Source: Nitrospirota bacterium
GTDB taxonomy: Bacteria; Nitrospirota; UBA9217
DNA length: 64,000 nt
Direction: 5' to 3'
NCBI GenBank assembly: GCA_963751455.1
Contig: CAVVUN010000001.1
Location: forward strand, 192,001 to 256,000
In this document: positions 1 through 9,540 of the stretch, one piece after another
How the letters are laid out: every line of letters starts with the position of its first letter
Position numbering within the stretch: the stretch's first letter is position 1
The notes under the pieces: generated by a model
Seen by the model: the letters and a program-made list of their open reading frames with translations, nothing else
The model's database searches: none
What the model was told of the DNA's origin: nothing
Program-made: the position numbers and the translations under genes

Positions 1-1
1 C

Positions 2-2095
2 GCTTACACCGTGATCTTTTGCCCCTGCATCACCGGCGGCAAGGTGATAATCTCCATTTGCCGCGTCAACAAATGTAAATGATTGAGATATTCGATCATG
101 TACATTCCCGCTTCCCGTTACCGTATATCCCATTGTGCCATTGTTAGTTGCGTTATAATCCGTACTGGCATCGAAGACGCCTCCCGCAGGCTGATTACAC
201 GAATACATAAGGTTGTTCCTGGCGATGACACTACCACCATCCCGGTATATCCCCTGATAACAGTTTATGAAAGTGTTGTTGAAGTAATAGGCCGTACCAA
301 TGGAGGTGTATACACCGCCTATGAAGGTGCCGGCTCCTGACCTGTTCCAGTCAAGGAACAGGTTGTTAAATATCCTGACGACCGTGGCGGTGTCGGGCGC
401 ATTCGAGATCCCATCTGTGTATGTAACCGTTCCGCTCAGAACTCCCTTGATGATGCAATGAGATATCCATATATCTCCAACACCAACGACATCCCAAATT
501 TTTATTCCGTTCGCATTGTTTCCGGAAGAGGCGGTGACCTGTATCTGCAACCCTTCGATGCGAACGTAATTGGCGGCGATATTAATCGCCTGTCCGGTTG
601 TTTCAATCCGGTACTTACTGGTGTCCCATTTCCCCTGGTGGCGTTCGCTTGCCGGCGTATAAATACGGATATAATGGTCCGCATCCGTGGTGAATCCAGT
701 CAGGCTTACCGGCGCTGTATCCTGCATCGCGTAGCATTCAATGTAAAGAATCCGATTGAGGGCGACCAGGTCAGCGGATTCCGCAGTGAGGACTGCATTG
801 AGCGAAGTATAATCACCGCCCGATGGTTTGACCGTGACCGTCCGGATAGTTGGCTGTATGCCGGAGGCTATAATAGTATCAGTGCATGCACTTGACAAAT
901 TTCCTGCCAGGTCGCTGAACTTTGCGTACACGGTCTTTTCGCCGTCTCCCGGGGTTAACGTCCATACCTTTGTTGTGCCATAGGTCTCAGCGGCTGACCA
1001 TGCAGTATTGTCATTACTAAGCTGCATCTGGGAGCAGCCAATGTCATCACTACAGGAGAGGGTGAGAGTTACAACGCTGTTATTGGTAGAAGCTGCGCCT
1101 TCGTTGATTACGATCGTACCTGTCGGCAGCGTAGTATCGACGCCGACACTTACCAACTCACTTACCATGGATGAAGAAACGGCTGAGGGCTCATCTATAT
1201 ATGCACTTACCGGCCCGCTTTCGATTGAAGAGGAAACCTCCAGAGGCCTATCTATATAGGCGCTGACGGGTCCGGTCGCAAGAGAGGATGACACCAGCGT
1301 CGGCTGATCGATCAGTACACTTATCAGTCCGGCATTATTCATTATTGCCTCGCTCGGTTCGGGACTGAAGGGCTGCGTAACGAATATTACAGACCTGATG
1401 TTCAACGATTCTATGGTTGCTACACCTTCAGCGAGAGCATTTACATTGAACGAAGTCTCTCCACTTAAAGGTATCTGAATTCCTGACGGTACGGAAACAA
1501 TCGATGGATTATCGTTATTCAAGGAAAGTGTAAGGCTTTTGCCGATTAATGGATCTGTACCGGCAGTAATCGAACTGGTACTGCCCGGCGTCAATGCGAA
1601 CTGTCCGGGACTAAAAATGAGCTTTGCCACAAAAATAGAAATACTGCTGGAACCATAAAGATTGCTGCAAGTTATATTTGCTGGCCCTGTCGAAGCACCT
1701 ATAGGCGCGGTAATTTCAACTTTTATTTGCTCATCGCTGTACACTTCCAGAACCTTGATAATAAGGGCCGCATTATCAGATGTTACTCGATTCAGCGTCA
1801 GGAGATTTTGTCCGGAAATGGTAGTGATAACGCTTGAACCAATGAATAAGTAATCCGGATTAATGCTTTCAAGCAGGGGCGGATTGGGGCTGGTTGTATC
1901 GGTGACTGTAGATAAAAGATTGCCCACCTTATCATATTTGTATAACTGGCCGTCACTGCCGCTTACGACCCGCGTAAGGCGCCCAACATTATCATAAAAA
2001 TAATGTAGTTCATCAGCCGAAGCTGAAGAAAATACGGCAAGGCAGATAATAATCGTCACAGTTGTAAACAGAGATGCTTTTAATGCTCTCCTCAT
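2..2095 (-). CDS. Large secreted protein, truncated by window edge: signal peptide, short YD-repeat segment, IPT/Ig-like domains, 18-aa repeats, probable beta-helix region
   Basis: Not in the ORF track because it has no stop in the window. Manual translation from ATG at 2095 (GGAGGG RBS) gives MRRALKASLFTTVTIIICLAVFSSASA-DELHYFYDNVGRLTRVVSGSDGQLYKYDKVGNLLS..., open to position 2. Later motifs GDGEKTVYAKFSDLAGN and NNTF...NNL...FVDAANGDYHL. Confidence 0.8.
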   Translation of the reverse strand, partial: MRRALKASLFTTVTIIICLAVFSSASADELHYFYDNVGRLTRVVSGSDGQLYKYDKVGNLLSTVTDTTSPNPPLLESINPDYLFIGSSVITTISGQNLLTLNRVTSDNAALIIKVLEVYSDEQIKVEITAPIGASTGPANITCSNLYGSSSISIFVAKLIFSPGQFALTPGSTSSITAGTDPLIGKSLTLSLNNDNPSIVSVPSGIQIPLSGETSFNVNALAEGVATIESLNIRSVIFVTQPFSPEPSEAIMNNAGLISVLIDQPTLVSSSLATGPVSAYIDRPLEVSSSIESGPVSAYIDEPSAVSSSMVSELVSVGVDTTLPTGTIVINEGAASTNNSVVTLTLSCSDDIGCSQMQLSNDNTAWSAAETYGTTKVWTLTPGDGEKTVYAKFSDLAGNLSSACTDTIIASGIQPTIRTVTVKPSGGDYTSLNAVLTAESADLVALNRILYIECYAMQDTAPVSLTGFTTDADHYIRIYTPASERHQGKWDTSKYRIETTGQAINIAANYVRIEGLQIQVTASSGNNANGIKIWDVVGVGDIWISHCIIKGVLSGTVTYTDGISNAPDTATVVRIFNNLFLDWNRSGAGTFIGGVYTSIGTAYYFNNTFINCYQGIYRDGGSVIARNNLMYSCNQPAGGVFDASTDYNATNNGTMGYTVTGSGNVHDRISQSFTFVDAANGDYHLAAGDAGAKDHGVS

Positions 2096-2403
2096 GGACC
2101 CTCCCTGCCCGCTGCCCTGCAATAATGCGCTTGACGCAATGGCTTCGCTTTATGCAAAAAAGTAATTCAGCAAACTGGCTAGCCAGTGTTGAAAGCAAGT
2201 GAGACCAAGGAAGGGCACTCACATAGCAAATAAGGCGAATGCTTACAGAAAGAAGGATTTTTTAGCAGAAAATGATTTTTTTATTCGTATTTGAATTATA
2301 CTTTGATACTTACTAAAAAAGTACCTCGAAAGGGTGGGATGTCAAGAAAACTAAGGTATGATTTTTATACTAAAGGAATAAATAAGAGTCTACCGGGCGC
2401 ACC

Positions 2404-2430
2404 AAAAAAAACCCCTCCCGAGGGAGGGGC
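2404..2430 (-). terminator. Rho-independent terminator
   Basis: cccctccc-ga-gggagggg hairpin followed by a T-run on the minus strand, just after the 2459..3895 gene. Confidence 0.8.
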
Positions 2431-2458
2431 TTTATACTGCAGATTCGCGAAGTAGTGG

Positions 2459-3895
2459 TTAGATCGTCTTTGACGCCTCGCTTGAATAGCTGCTTTCCAG
2501 TCCGGACACGTCCACGGTAGTCACGACAAAATAATAGGTCCCCGCCGAGAGATTCAGGCTTTTTGTAATCGTGTTCGTTCCCGGATTGGCGACATTCACA
2601 ACAGTATATGTCTGGTTCGTGGCCGTTCTATAATATAGTTTATACTGCGAGACATCGGATGCAGCGTTCAGAGCAGACCCGTCGGTACGTGTAGTAGGCG
2701 CGTCCCAGGTGAGCGTTGCAACGGCTCCCCCCGTAACAGTCAGTGCTGCCGTCGCCGTAACACTTCCCATTGTCGATGTGATAACGGTCGTCCCCGATGC
2801 GACCCCGGTGGCAAGGCCCCTCGAACCGTCCGCATTGCTGATGCTTGCTACAGCAGTAGCAGATGATATCCACGTTACAGCCGTCGTAAGGTCTTGTTTC
2901 GAGTTGTCCGAGAAGGTGCCGGTCGCGGAAAATTGCTGCGAAGTTCCACTGGCTATGGTGGCTGCAGCCGGCACAACTGTGAGAGATACGAGCACCGCCG
3001 GAGTTATTGTCAAGGCACTCGTACCGCTTATGCTTCCTGACGTTGCCCTGATCGTTACGGAACCGGCGCCTACCCCGCTTGCCAGACCGGTGCTGCTGAT
3101 AGTTGCCCGCGTGGCATCCGAGGAGCTCCAGGCAACTGTCTTCGTCACATCTTGAGAGGTATTATCCGAGAATTTTGCCATGGCTGCAAATTGCTGGGTA
3201 GTACCTTTGGCGATGCTGGCTGTGGCCGGCGTCACTGAAATTGATGCAAGTGCAGCTGCTGTAACAGTCAATGCCGCCGATCCGCTTATGCTTCCCAATG
3301 TTGCCCTGATCGTTGCCGAACCAGCGTTTTCTCCCTTTGCCAATCCGGTCGCACTTATTGTTGCTCTGGTCGTATCCGAGGAACTCCAAACTACGGACGA
3401 CGTCACATCCTGGCTTGTGCCATCCGAGAGCGCTCCTGTCGCAATAAACTGCTGCGTGGTCCCTTTGGCGATGCTCGCAGCGGCGGGCGATACCTGTACC
3501 GATATGACTGTTGCCGGCGTTACCGTCACCACACTCGACCCGCTGACGCTTCCCAATGCTGCTGTAATTGTTACCGAACCTGATCCGATCCCGTCTGCCA
3601 GACCTGTGCCGCTGATTGTTGCAAGCGTCGTATCCGATGAACTCCAGGTAACGGACGAGGTGACATTTGCCGTCTTGTTGTTCATGTAGAGGGCCGTTGC
3701 CGTGAACTGCTGAGAGGTGCCGCGCGCTATGACCGGATCCACAGGATCCACTGTAATCGACACAAGCCGAGGTTTATTCTCTTCCTCAGTGCTTGCCAAT
3801 GTTCCCTCCGGGTCTCCGCTTCCGCATGCCGAGATACTTGCTGCCATCAGCGATGCCAAAAAAATCAAGCCAACCTTTTTACTCCACATACTCAT
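2459..3895 (-). CDS. Surface lipoprotein with four tandem Ig-like (Big_2-type) repeats and a C-terminal FN3-like domain
   Basis: Lipobox ISAC. Four ~86-aa repeats SIxVxPxxxxIAxGTxQQFxA...VxWSSSD..ATISxTGLA. Terminal LTWDAP...YKLYY...GTYYFVVTTVDxxGLESSYS. Confidence 0.9.
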   Translation of the reverse strand: MSMWSKKVGLIFLASLMAASISACGSGDPEGTLASTEEENKPRLVSITVDPVDPVIARGTSQQFTATALYMNNKTANVTSSVTWSSSDTTLATISGTGLADGIGSGSVTITAALGSVSGSSVVTVTPATVISVQVSPAAASIAKGTTQQFIATGALSDGTSQDVTSSVVWSSSDTTRATISATGLAKGENAGSATIRATLGSISGSAALTVTAAALASISVTPATASIAKGTTQQFAAMAKFSDNTSQDVTKTVAWSSSDATRATISSTGLASGVGAGSVTIRATSGSISGTSALTITPAVLVSLTVVPAAATIASGTSQQFSATGTFSDNSKQDLTTAVTWISSATAVASISNADGSRGLATGVASGTTVITSTMGSVTATAALTVTGGAVATLTWDAPTTRTDGSALNAASDVSQYKLYYRTATNQTYTVVNVANPGTNTITKSLNLSAGTYYFVVTTVDVSGLESSYSSEASKTI

Positions 3896-4566
3896 GTTAC
3901 CCTCCCCTTTTGGACCGAATTAAACAACATAGAGCATCATTCCCCGCAGCGGCGAATGAAACGTAGTAAACGAAGTCATCAGTAATTCTGTACAGCTTGG
4001 AGAAATAACGACTATAGTGTGATAAACCTCGCGCGCATAATAATCTGTGACCAAAGTCACAGTTTATCCTGCTCCCAATGTTCTTTCACGGGTGAGTGGA
4101 AGAGGGCTAATTTTCGATACAAATTGTTCAAGGAGAGTTATTGCAATTTGAGCCTCGAAGGATGCCTATTGCCAGGCCACTTATGCAGTTTATTGAGCGG
4201 TAGGGATTGCCAAATTAACGATGGATTGTTTCCGTCCTGTACAACGGCCCCTGACTATGTATCTTTTGGGCACAGGGATTTTAGAAATTGAGTTCTCATC
4301 GCGTTTCAGTCTGCACTCCATGTTTGTTCATAGTTTTTGGAATTCCTCTAAAATTCATTAAACGTCATTAAACTCAGGCTTTATTTCTTAAAACGTGTCC
4401 TCTTAATTGAGGATTTTTGAGTCGCTGCCGAAATGTTCACACTTTTAATTCGGTCCGAAAAGACGTGAGAACCAGGCATTCTCGTTTAGCATAAATCTTG
4501 CTTTAGCCCGTATTGATAAACGTCAGTCCCGGGTCTTTTTTCAACTGCATTGAAAAGGAGGTTCAC

Positions 4567-6543
4567 ATGGCACAAATGAAGAATTTTATTGTTCTCCTTA
4601 TTGTTCTTTTATTTATTACGGTTTTTGTTTCATGTGGTCACAGAAGAAAGCATGGGGGCGCCGGTAACCCGCAGTCCCCGGATGAACAAATTGTAGCGGT
4701 GATACCTTCTCTTCCGCCGTCTTTGCAGAGTGCCGGGGGCAATGGATCGACCGGGACTGGAGGAAACGGCCCGTCCGTATTCATCGCAGCCACGGGCAAG
4801 ATCAATATCATGAAAAACGGAACGGTGGATGCCGGCTTCATTCTGCCCACTACCCGTAATTTCGGAGAAAACCATGTCGTTCTCTCCGCCGAAACGCATG
4901 AGGTACAGCTGAATACGGATAGTATTCCCGGCGGATTGTATATGAAAACCGGGTCAGGCCTGCTGTATCTCGGCAACGGAAACAACGTGCTGGATGAAAC
5001 TTCGATCACGGGCCTCACGGTTCCCGCGGATGCCGTGCTTGTCCTTAATGGCAACGGGGCCCGGTCGTTCCATCACGAGGATTGGACCAATTATGGAGCG
5101 CTCGATCTGGTAAATGATGTCTTGATTGAAGGCAAGATCATCAGCTCTCCCTCTCTTTCAAAAGGCATTGCAATTACTGCGAATCGCATAGAAATAGCGG
5201 AAGGCGGGATAATATCCGCGTCAAGCGTAACAGCGGATGTCCCGGCAAGGGAGATACACCTCACGGCTCAAACGGGCAGAAAGATCGTGAACCGCGGGTT
5301 GATTGAAGCCAGGGGCATGGGTACCGGGAACGGCGGTAATATTTTTTTGAACGCTGACGAACTCGCGAGCAACACCGGCATCATCGACACAAGCGGCGGG
5401 GACACGGATACCGGCGCAGGCGGCAATGGCGGCAACCTCGAGGTCAATGTGTATTACGGCAATTTCTATTCATCGGGAACTGTTCTATTGAACGGCGGTG
5501 CCGGCACGTTGAATGGCGGAAATGGGGGGCGGGCTTCAATAGTAACGCGCGGTATACCGGATTACAGCATAACCAATGTTGAGTTTCCCACTCACGGCGA
5601 CATAATAATCAGCGGCACCTGGGAAGCGAACGGCGGCAACTGCTCGAGCGGCAATGGCGGCAACAGGGGTTCACTCGTGTTCGTCACGAATGCAATGGGC
5701 AGCATTGTCGCAAACGCGGAGCTCTCCGCAAAGGGAGGCAACGGAACCGGGTCGCAGACAGCGTCAGGCGGCGGGGGCGCAGACCACGCGATCGTTTTCC
5801 AATCCTTGAATAAGTACCCGGGCGATGCCTCGGTTCCCGGAAAAATCCGGCTCACAGGCGCGTTCGATGTCAGGGGCGGAGACGGAGAGTTGAATGGAGG
5901 CAATGCCGGTCAGGTTCGGATAGAAGCGTTTGCGGGAAACAAGGACTATACGGGAACAGATGTTGAAGTTATCCTTCCCGACGTTGTCCTGAACGGCGGA
6001 AACGGCGCCTCAAAAGGCGGGGACTCAGGCCGAATCGAAGCGTATACGCTTGTTCCTCAGGACGGTAGCGCGAATTCAGTCCAGAGCTACGCCAACACAA
6101 ATGCTGTGCCGGCAGGTCCGATCGTAAACGAGGCAGCCATCCAGGCAAAAGGCGGTTCGGCCACAAGCACATCCGGCGTCGGTGGTGCGGGAGGCGTCGT
6201 GGTCTTCCAGACTGATGATATTTCTCTGTACAACGGTCCCTCGTTCAGTTCCGTATCAACCACAATCACCAATTCCGGGAACATGGACTGCACCGGCGGC
6301 AACGGTGAACGCGGCGGTGACGCGAAAAGCGTAACAATGACTGCAGCGACCGTTTCAAATACAGGCGATATCGTCTGCAATGGAGGCGCGGGAACTATAA
6401 CCGGGGGCAACGGTGGCGCCGTCACCGTGACTTCGACGCAGGGCACATCTGCTTATACAGGCATTGTTCAGACTTCAGGCGGCACGGGATCATCTCCCGG
6501 CAACAACGGGACACAGACAGTGGATGGTGTAGTCGTTCCTTAA
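4567..6543 (+). CDS. Gly-rich surface lipoprotein with GGxGG repeats (adhesin-like)
   Basis: ATG at 4567 follows an AAGGAGG RBS. Lipobox FVSC. Many A(x)GGxG...GGxGG repeats. Confidence 0.8.
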   Translation: MAQMKNFIVLLIVLLFITVFVSCGHRRKHGGAGNPQSPDEQIVAVIPSLPPSLQSAGGNGSTGTGGNGPSVFIAATGKINIMKNGTVDAGFILPTTRNFGENHVVLSAETHEVQLNTDSIPGGLYMKTGSGLLYLGNGNNVLDETSITGLTVPADAVLVLNGNGARSFHHEDWTNYGALDLVNDVLIEGKIISSPSLSKGIAITANRIEIAEGGIISASSVTADVPAREIHLTAQTGRKIVNRGLIEARGMGTGNGGNIFLNADELASNTGIIDTSGGDTDTGAGGNGGNLEVNVYYGNFYSSGTVLLNGGAGTLNGGNGGRASIVTRGIPDYSITNVEFPTHGDIIISGTWEANGGNCSSGNGGNRGSLVFVTNAMGSIVANAELSAKGGNGTGSQTASGGGGADHAIVFQSLNKYPGDASVPGKIRLTGAFDVRGGDGELNGGNAGQVRIEAFAGNKDYTGTDVEVILPDVVLNGGNGASKGGDSGRIEAYTLVPQDGSANSVQSYANTNAVPAGPIVNEAAIQAKGGSATSTSGVGGAGGVVVFQTDDISLYNGPSFSSVSTTITNSGNMDCTGGNGERGGDAKSVTMTAATVSNTGDIVCNGGAGTITGGNGGAVTVTSTQGTSAYTGIVQTSGGTGSSPGNNGTQTVDGVVVP

Positions 6544-6583
6544 ATCGTCTTGAATAATCATTTCAATTTTCAGTAACCGCGAG

Positions 6584-6612
6584 GGGCAGGACAAATCCTG
6601 CCCTGTTTTTTT
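6584..6612 (+). terminator. Rho-independent terminator
   Basis: gggcagga-caaa-tcctgccc followed by a T-run. Confidence 0.8.
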
Positions 6613-6794
6613 ATTTGACGGGGAGAGGCCTCTCGTTCTGTTCAATAAAATCTTTTCTTTTTCCGCAAGTTGTGATTTGCATCACTGAAAAAGCAGGAGA
6701 TAAAGTTTAACAAGCAAGCAGTACTTCTGCGACTTTAGTTTATAAAACCAGCGCCCGGGCGGGTTTTCTCTCAGGAAGGACGAGGAGACAACTA

Positions 6795-7754
6795 ATGGAA
6801 AGAACATGGGAAGCACCAGATGTTGATCAATATTTTTATCCCCGCGGCATGAGGCGAATAACCAAAGGACTTCCGTTTGCTGATGAGAAAAACCCGGCAA
6901 TGGCATATACCCTTTCGCTGCTCATGTGGGGAGGAGGCCAGCAATACAGCGGTCAGCGAGTAAAAGGAGTTTTGTTCCGGGTATTCATGCTTGTTCTCAT
7001 GGCATTGATCGCGATCTCTTTCTTGTACCGAGGCGAGCTTCCGACTCTTCTCCAGATGTACGATATTTCTCATGCCGAAGCTTTTTTGTCGGCCGAACTG
7101 CTGTTTTTTTTCATACTGATCTTCTGGACTTGTAATGCGGGCAATGCCTACCATACGGCTGTAAAGGCGAGAAAGGTTCCCTTTCCCGGGATGCAAAGCC
7201 GCATTTGGCCGTTGCTCGGTTCTCTGCTCGTTCCCGGCTGGGGACAATTCTTAAATGGACAACCGCTGAAAGGAAGCATCTTTACGGGTTTTTCGGTGCT
7301 CGGCATTTTTTCACTGGTTTCGGTACCCGCTGTTCTCAGGTACTGGCCTTCGCTGGAAACATCCCAGGCCCGTTCTATCGTTGAAGCAATCTTCGCTGTT
7401 TCCGCTCTCTATGCTCCTCTCATCCCGGTAATATGGCTTTTGAGCGGATATGACGCACTGATTGTAAGCTTCAACGACGCGAAGAAAGAATCGATCGTCG
7501 ACAGGATACTGTTAGGCGTCACGCGTCTGCGAATGGACGGATGGTTCAGCAGCATATGGCCCCGGTTCAAAGCAGTCATCGCCTTTACACTGCTTGCCGC
7601 AGTTATTTCGTTCGTCCTAAACCGCTATAATCCGGTGACTTATTATGGTGCGCATCTGGCAGGCGTCCAGTTGTGGTTGCATCAGCAGGGAATGACGCTG
7701 GTGCCCGACCTCATCAGTGAACTGCTGGCCGGACCGGAATCGCTCGGAAATTGA
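6795..7754 (+). CDS. Membrane protein with two TM2-like modules
   Basis: GAGGAG RBS. Duplicated motifs LSLLMWGGGQQYSGQRVKG and GSLLVPGWGQFLNGQPLKG. Several hydrophobic helices. Confidence 0.8.
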   Translation: MERTWEAPDVDQYFYPRGMRRITKGLPFADEKNPAMAYTLSLLMWGGGQQYSGQRVKGVLFRVFMLVLMALIAISFLYRGELPTLLQMYDISHAEAFLSAELLFFFILIFWTCNAGNAYHTAVKARKVPFPGMQSRIWPLLGSLLVPGWGQFLNGQPLKGSIFTGFSVLGIFSLVSVPAVLRYWPSLETSQARSIVEAIFAVSALYAPLIPVIWLLSGYDALIVSFNDAKKESIVDRILLGVTRLRMDGWFSSIWPRFKAVIAFTLLAAVISFVLNRYNPVTYYGAHLAGVQLWLHQQGMTLVPDLISELLAGPESLGN

Positions 7755-7766
7755 CGTGATATTTAC

Positions 7767-7806
7767 AAAAAAAGAGCGGAGGCTGGAATGAGTTCGTCCT
7801 CCGCTC
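7767..7806 (-). terminator. Rho-independent terminator
   Basis: gagcggagg...cctccgctc stem with an A-run on its left, between convergent genes. Confidence 0.65.
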
Positions 7807-7827
7807 TCAGGTAGAGCTTGCAGCGCA

Positions 7828-8442
7828 TTAGTACCGGAAACCGAGATTCATCGTTGCGGTGTACCCATCCAGTCTAACAGTCAAGCCATCGTATTCCGGC
7901 TTCACCCTGCGATATCTTCCCTCGAATCCAACGTAAAAGCTGTCTGAAAAATTTATATTCAGTCCAACCCCCATATGCGGCCCATAGTCCACTTCCCTGA
8001 AACTGCGATCACTGCCGTTCGCGCTCTCAATTTCGAATCTCGTAAAATATGCTCCGATGCCGGCTTCAGCGTAGGGCTCTACAGGTCCGAGCGGCAAATA
8101 TAGTTTCGCGGACAGGAGCACCGGGATAGCATCAAGCCTTGTTCTACCCGCCCCTATGCCAGGGAACCGCCTGTTCTCAAAGTACCCGATGCCGAACTCC
8201 GTGCCGAATACGGGCACATAGTAATGGCCGAAGCCGATCTCTGCGTTCATTCCATTCCTTCTGTCAAAATCTGTTCCGCTGAATTCATCCATTCTGATTC
8301 TTTCACTGGGATAATAGTAGCCACCCTTAATCGCAGTATAGTCCGGCCGTTTCTGAGATGCGGGCTCAGCCTGTGACAGCCAGGGAGCCAGTACAATGAG
8401 AACGGCCGCTATAACCATGAGTAACATAACTGTTCTTTTCAT
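7828..8442 (-). CDS. Small outer-membrane beta-barrel protein (OmpA/OmpW-like)
   Basis: Signal peptide after an AAGGAGGT RBS. Amphipathic strands (PYAEAGIGAY, YVGFEGRY). C-terminal BAM-type signal LGFRY. Confidence 0.85.
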   Translation of the reverse strand: MKRTVMLLMVIAAVLIVLAPWLSQAEPASQKRPDYTAIKGGYYYPSERIRMDEFSGTDFDRRNGMNAEIGFGHYYVPVFGTEFGIGYFENRRFPGIGAGRTRLDAIPVLLSAKLYLPLGPVEPYAEAGIGAYFTRFEIESANGSDRSFREVDYGPHMGVGLNINFSDSFYVGFEGRYRRVKPEYDGLTVRLDGYTATMNLGFRY

Positions 8443-8764
8443 AGTCGACACCTCCTTGCCAGCATTTGACACCGTCTCCTCGAACATTTCCTGACTACTA
8501 TCTCATGGTACCCGTGACTTAGTACGAGATGAGAATCCGCTCGATAAAACGCATTTTAAAAAGCATATCACCTTTACCGATTCAACGTTTATTCATCGAG
8601 TGATCTGCAAAACCGCGAAACCGCAAATCGTACAGTTGCTACGCTTCAATTATACACAAAAAAAAAGTATTATCTAATTCGGGCGGGATACCTTCTACGG
8701 AAGGCGCATTAACGGTTATGATGGGAATGAGAATGAGTCGGTTTGCAGTCAGTAACGTGCCAAG

Positions 8765-9523
8765 TTATTTTTCCATGATCCCTTCAACTAATTTTCCGCG
8801 GATAAAGTCCTTTATAAATTCCCTTTCCTGATCTCCGATCTTCGTAAACTTGACACCGACGCCTTGCTTTTTCGTCACATCCCTGCTGCTGTGATTGTAC
8901 ACGATCTTTCCTTCGACTCTTATGATCTGGCCCGGAGCATTCGGGAGATAGAAAACAAAGGGATGGACGCTGCCATACGCAAGTTGTCCGGTTGTGGCTA
9001 CGAACATGCCCAGCTCCGAAATAACGACTATGAAGTCTTTCCCATCAACGCTATAGAACGAACTGCCGTCGCCGATAATAACATTCAGGTACGTCTCGAG
9101 TCTCACAAAGCGACGGGGCCTCTTCTCTGTTGCCTGTTGAACCGCTAGGTAGACCTGTTCAAGACTCGTTGGATGGCAAAGGAAAACGGCGCAGCCTGCC
9201 TGCTCGCAGGCCTGCTGAATTTGCGTGTCATTGCTGGCTGAGTAGATGATTACCGGAACATCCTTCATCCTGCTGTCCTGTTTCACCCGCCTCAGAAGAT
9301 CAAGGCCGCCCATCCGGGGGAGGTCAAGATTGGTTACGAGTGCGAGCGGCACAGTCATTTCCATGAAGGTCAGCGCGTCCTCGGCCGTTCTCGCGGTTAC
9401 CACATGGTACTTGAGACGCTGAAGAAAAATGCTGGTGTAGAATTGGCGTACGGGCTTGCCGTCCACAACCAGCACAATCTGGGATTTAGTCTCTGGCTCC
9501 TGCGTTTCTTTTCCAGTGTCCAT
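8765..9523 (-). CDS. Atypical receiver domain fused to a PilZ domain
   Basis: REC-like N-terminus (VLVVDG...LPRMGGLDLL...VPVII), then RRFVR...ISELGMFV...GVGVKF. Confidence 0.85.
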   Translation of the reverse strand: MDTGKETQEPETKSQIVLVVDGKPVRQFYTSIFLQRLKYHVVTARTAEDALTFMEMTVPLALVTNLDLPRMGGLDLLRRVKQDSRMKDVPVIIYSASNDTQIQQACEQAGCAVFLCHPTSLEQVYLAVQQATEKRPRRFVRLETYLNVIIGDGSSFYSVDGKDFIVVISELGMFVATTGQLAYGSVHPFVFYLPNAPGQIIRVEGKIVYNHSSRDVTKKQGVGVKFTKIGDQEREFIKDFIRGKLVEGIMEK

Positions 9524-9540
9524 CGGGTATGCTTTCTTTC

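Noticed and set aside
4486-4502. Sigma54 promoter before the Gly-rich lipoprotein (TTAGCATAAATCTTGCT)
   Set aside because: Spacing fits, but the conserved -24 GG is AG. Too weak to call.
3900-4560. c-di-GMP or other riboswitch in long leaders (also 8490-8760 and 62810-63080)
   Set aside because: I could not find the GEMM-type or any other recognisable motif by eye. An Rfam scan would be needed.
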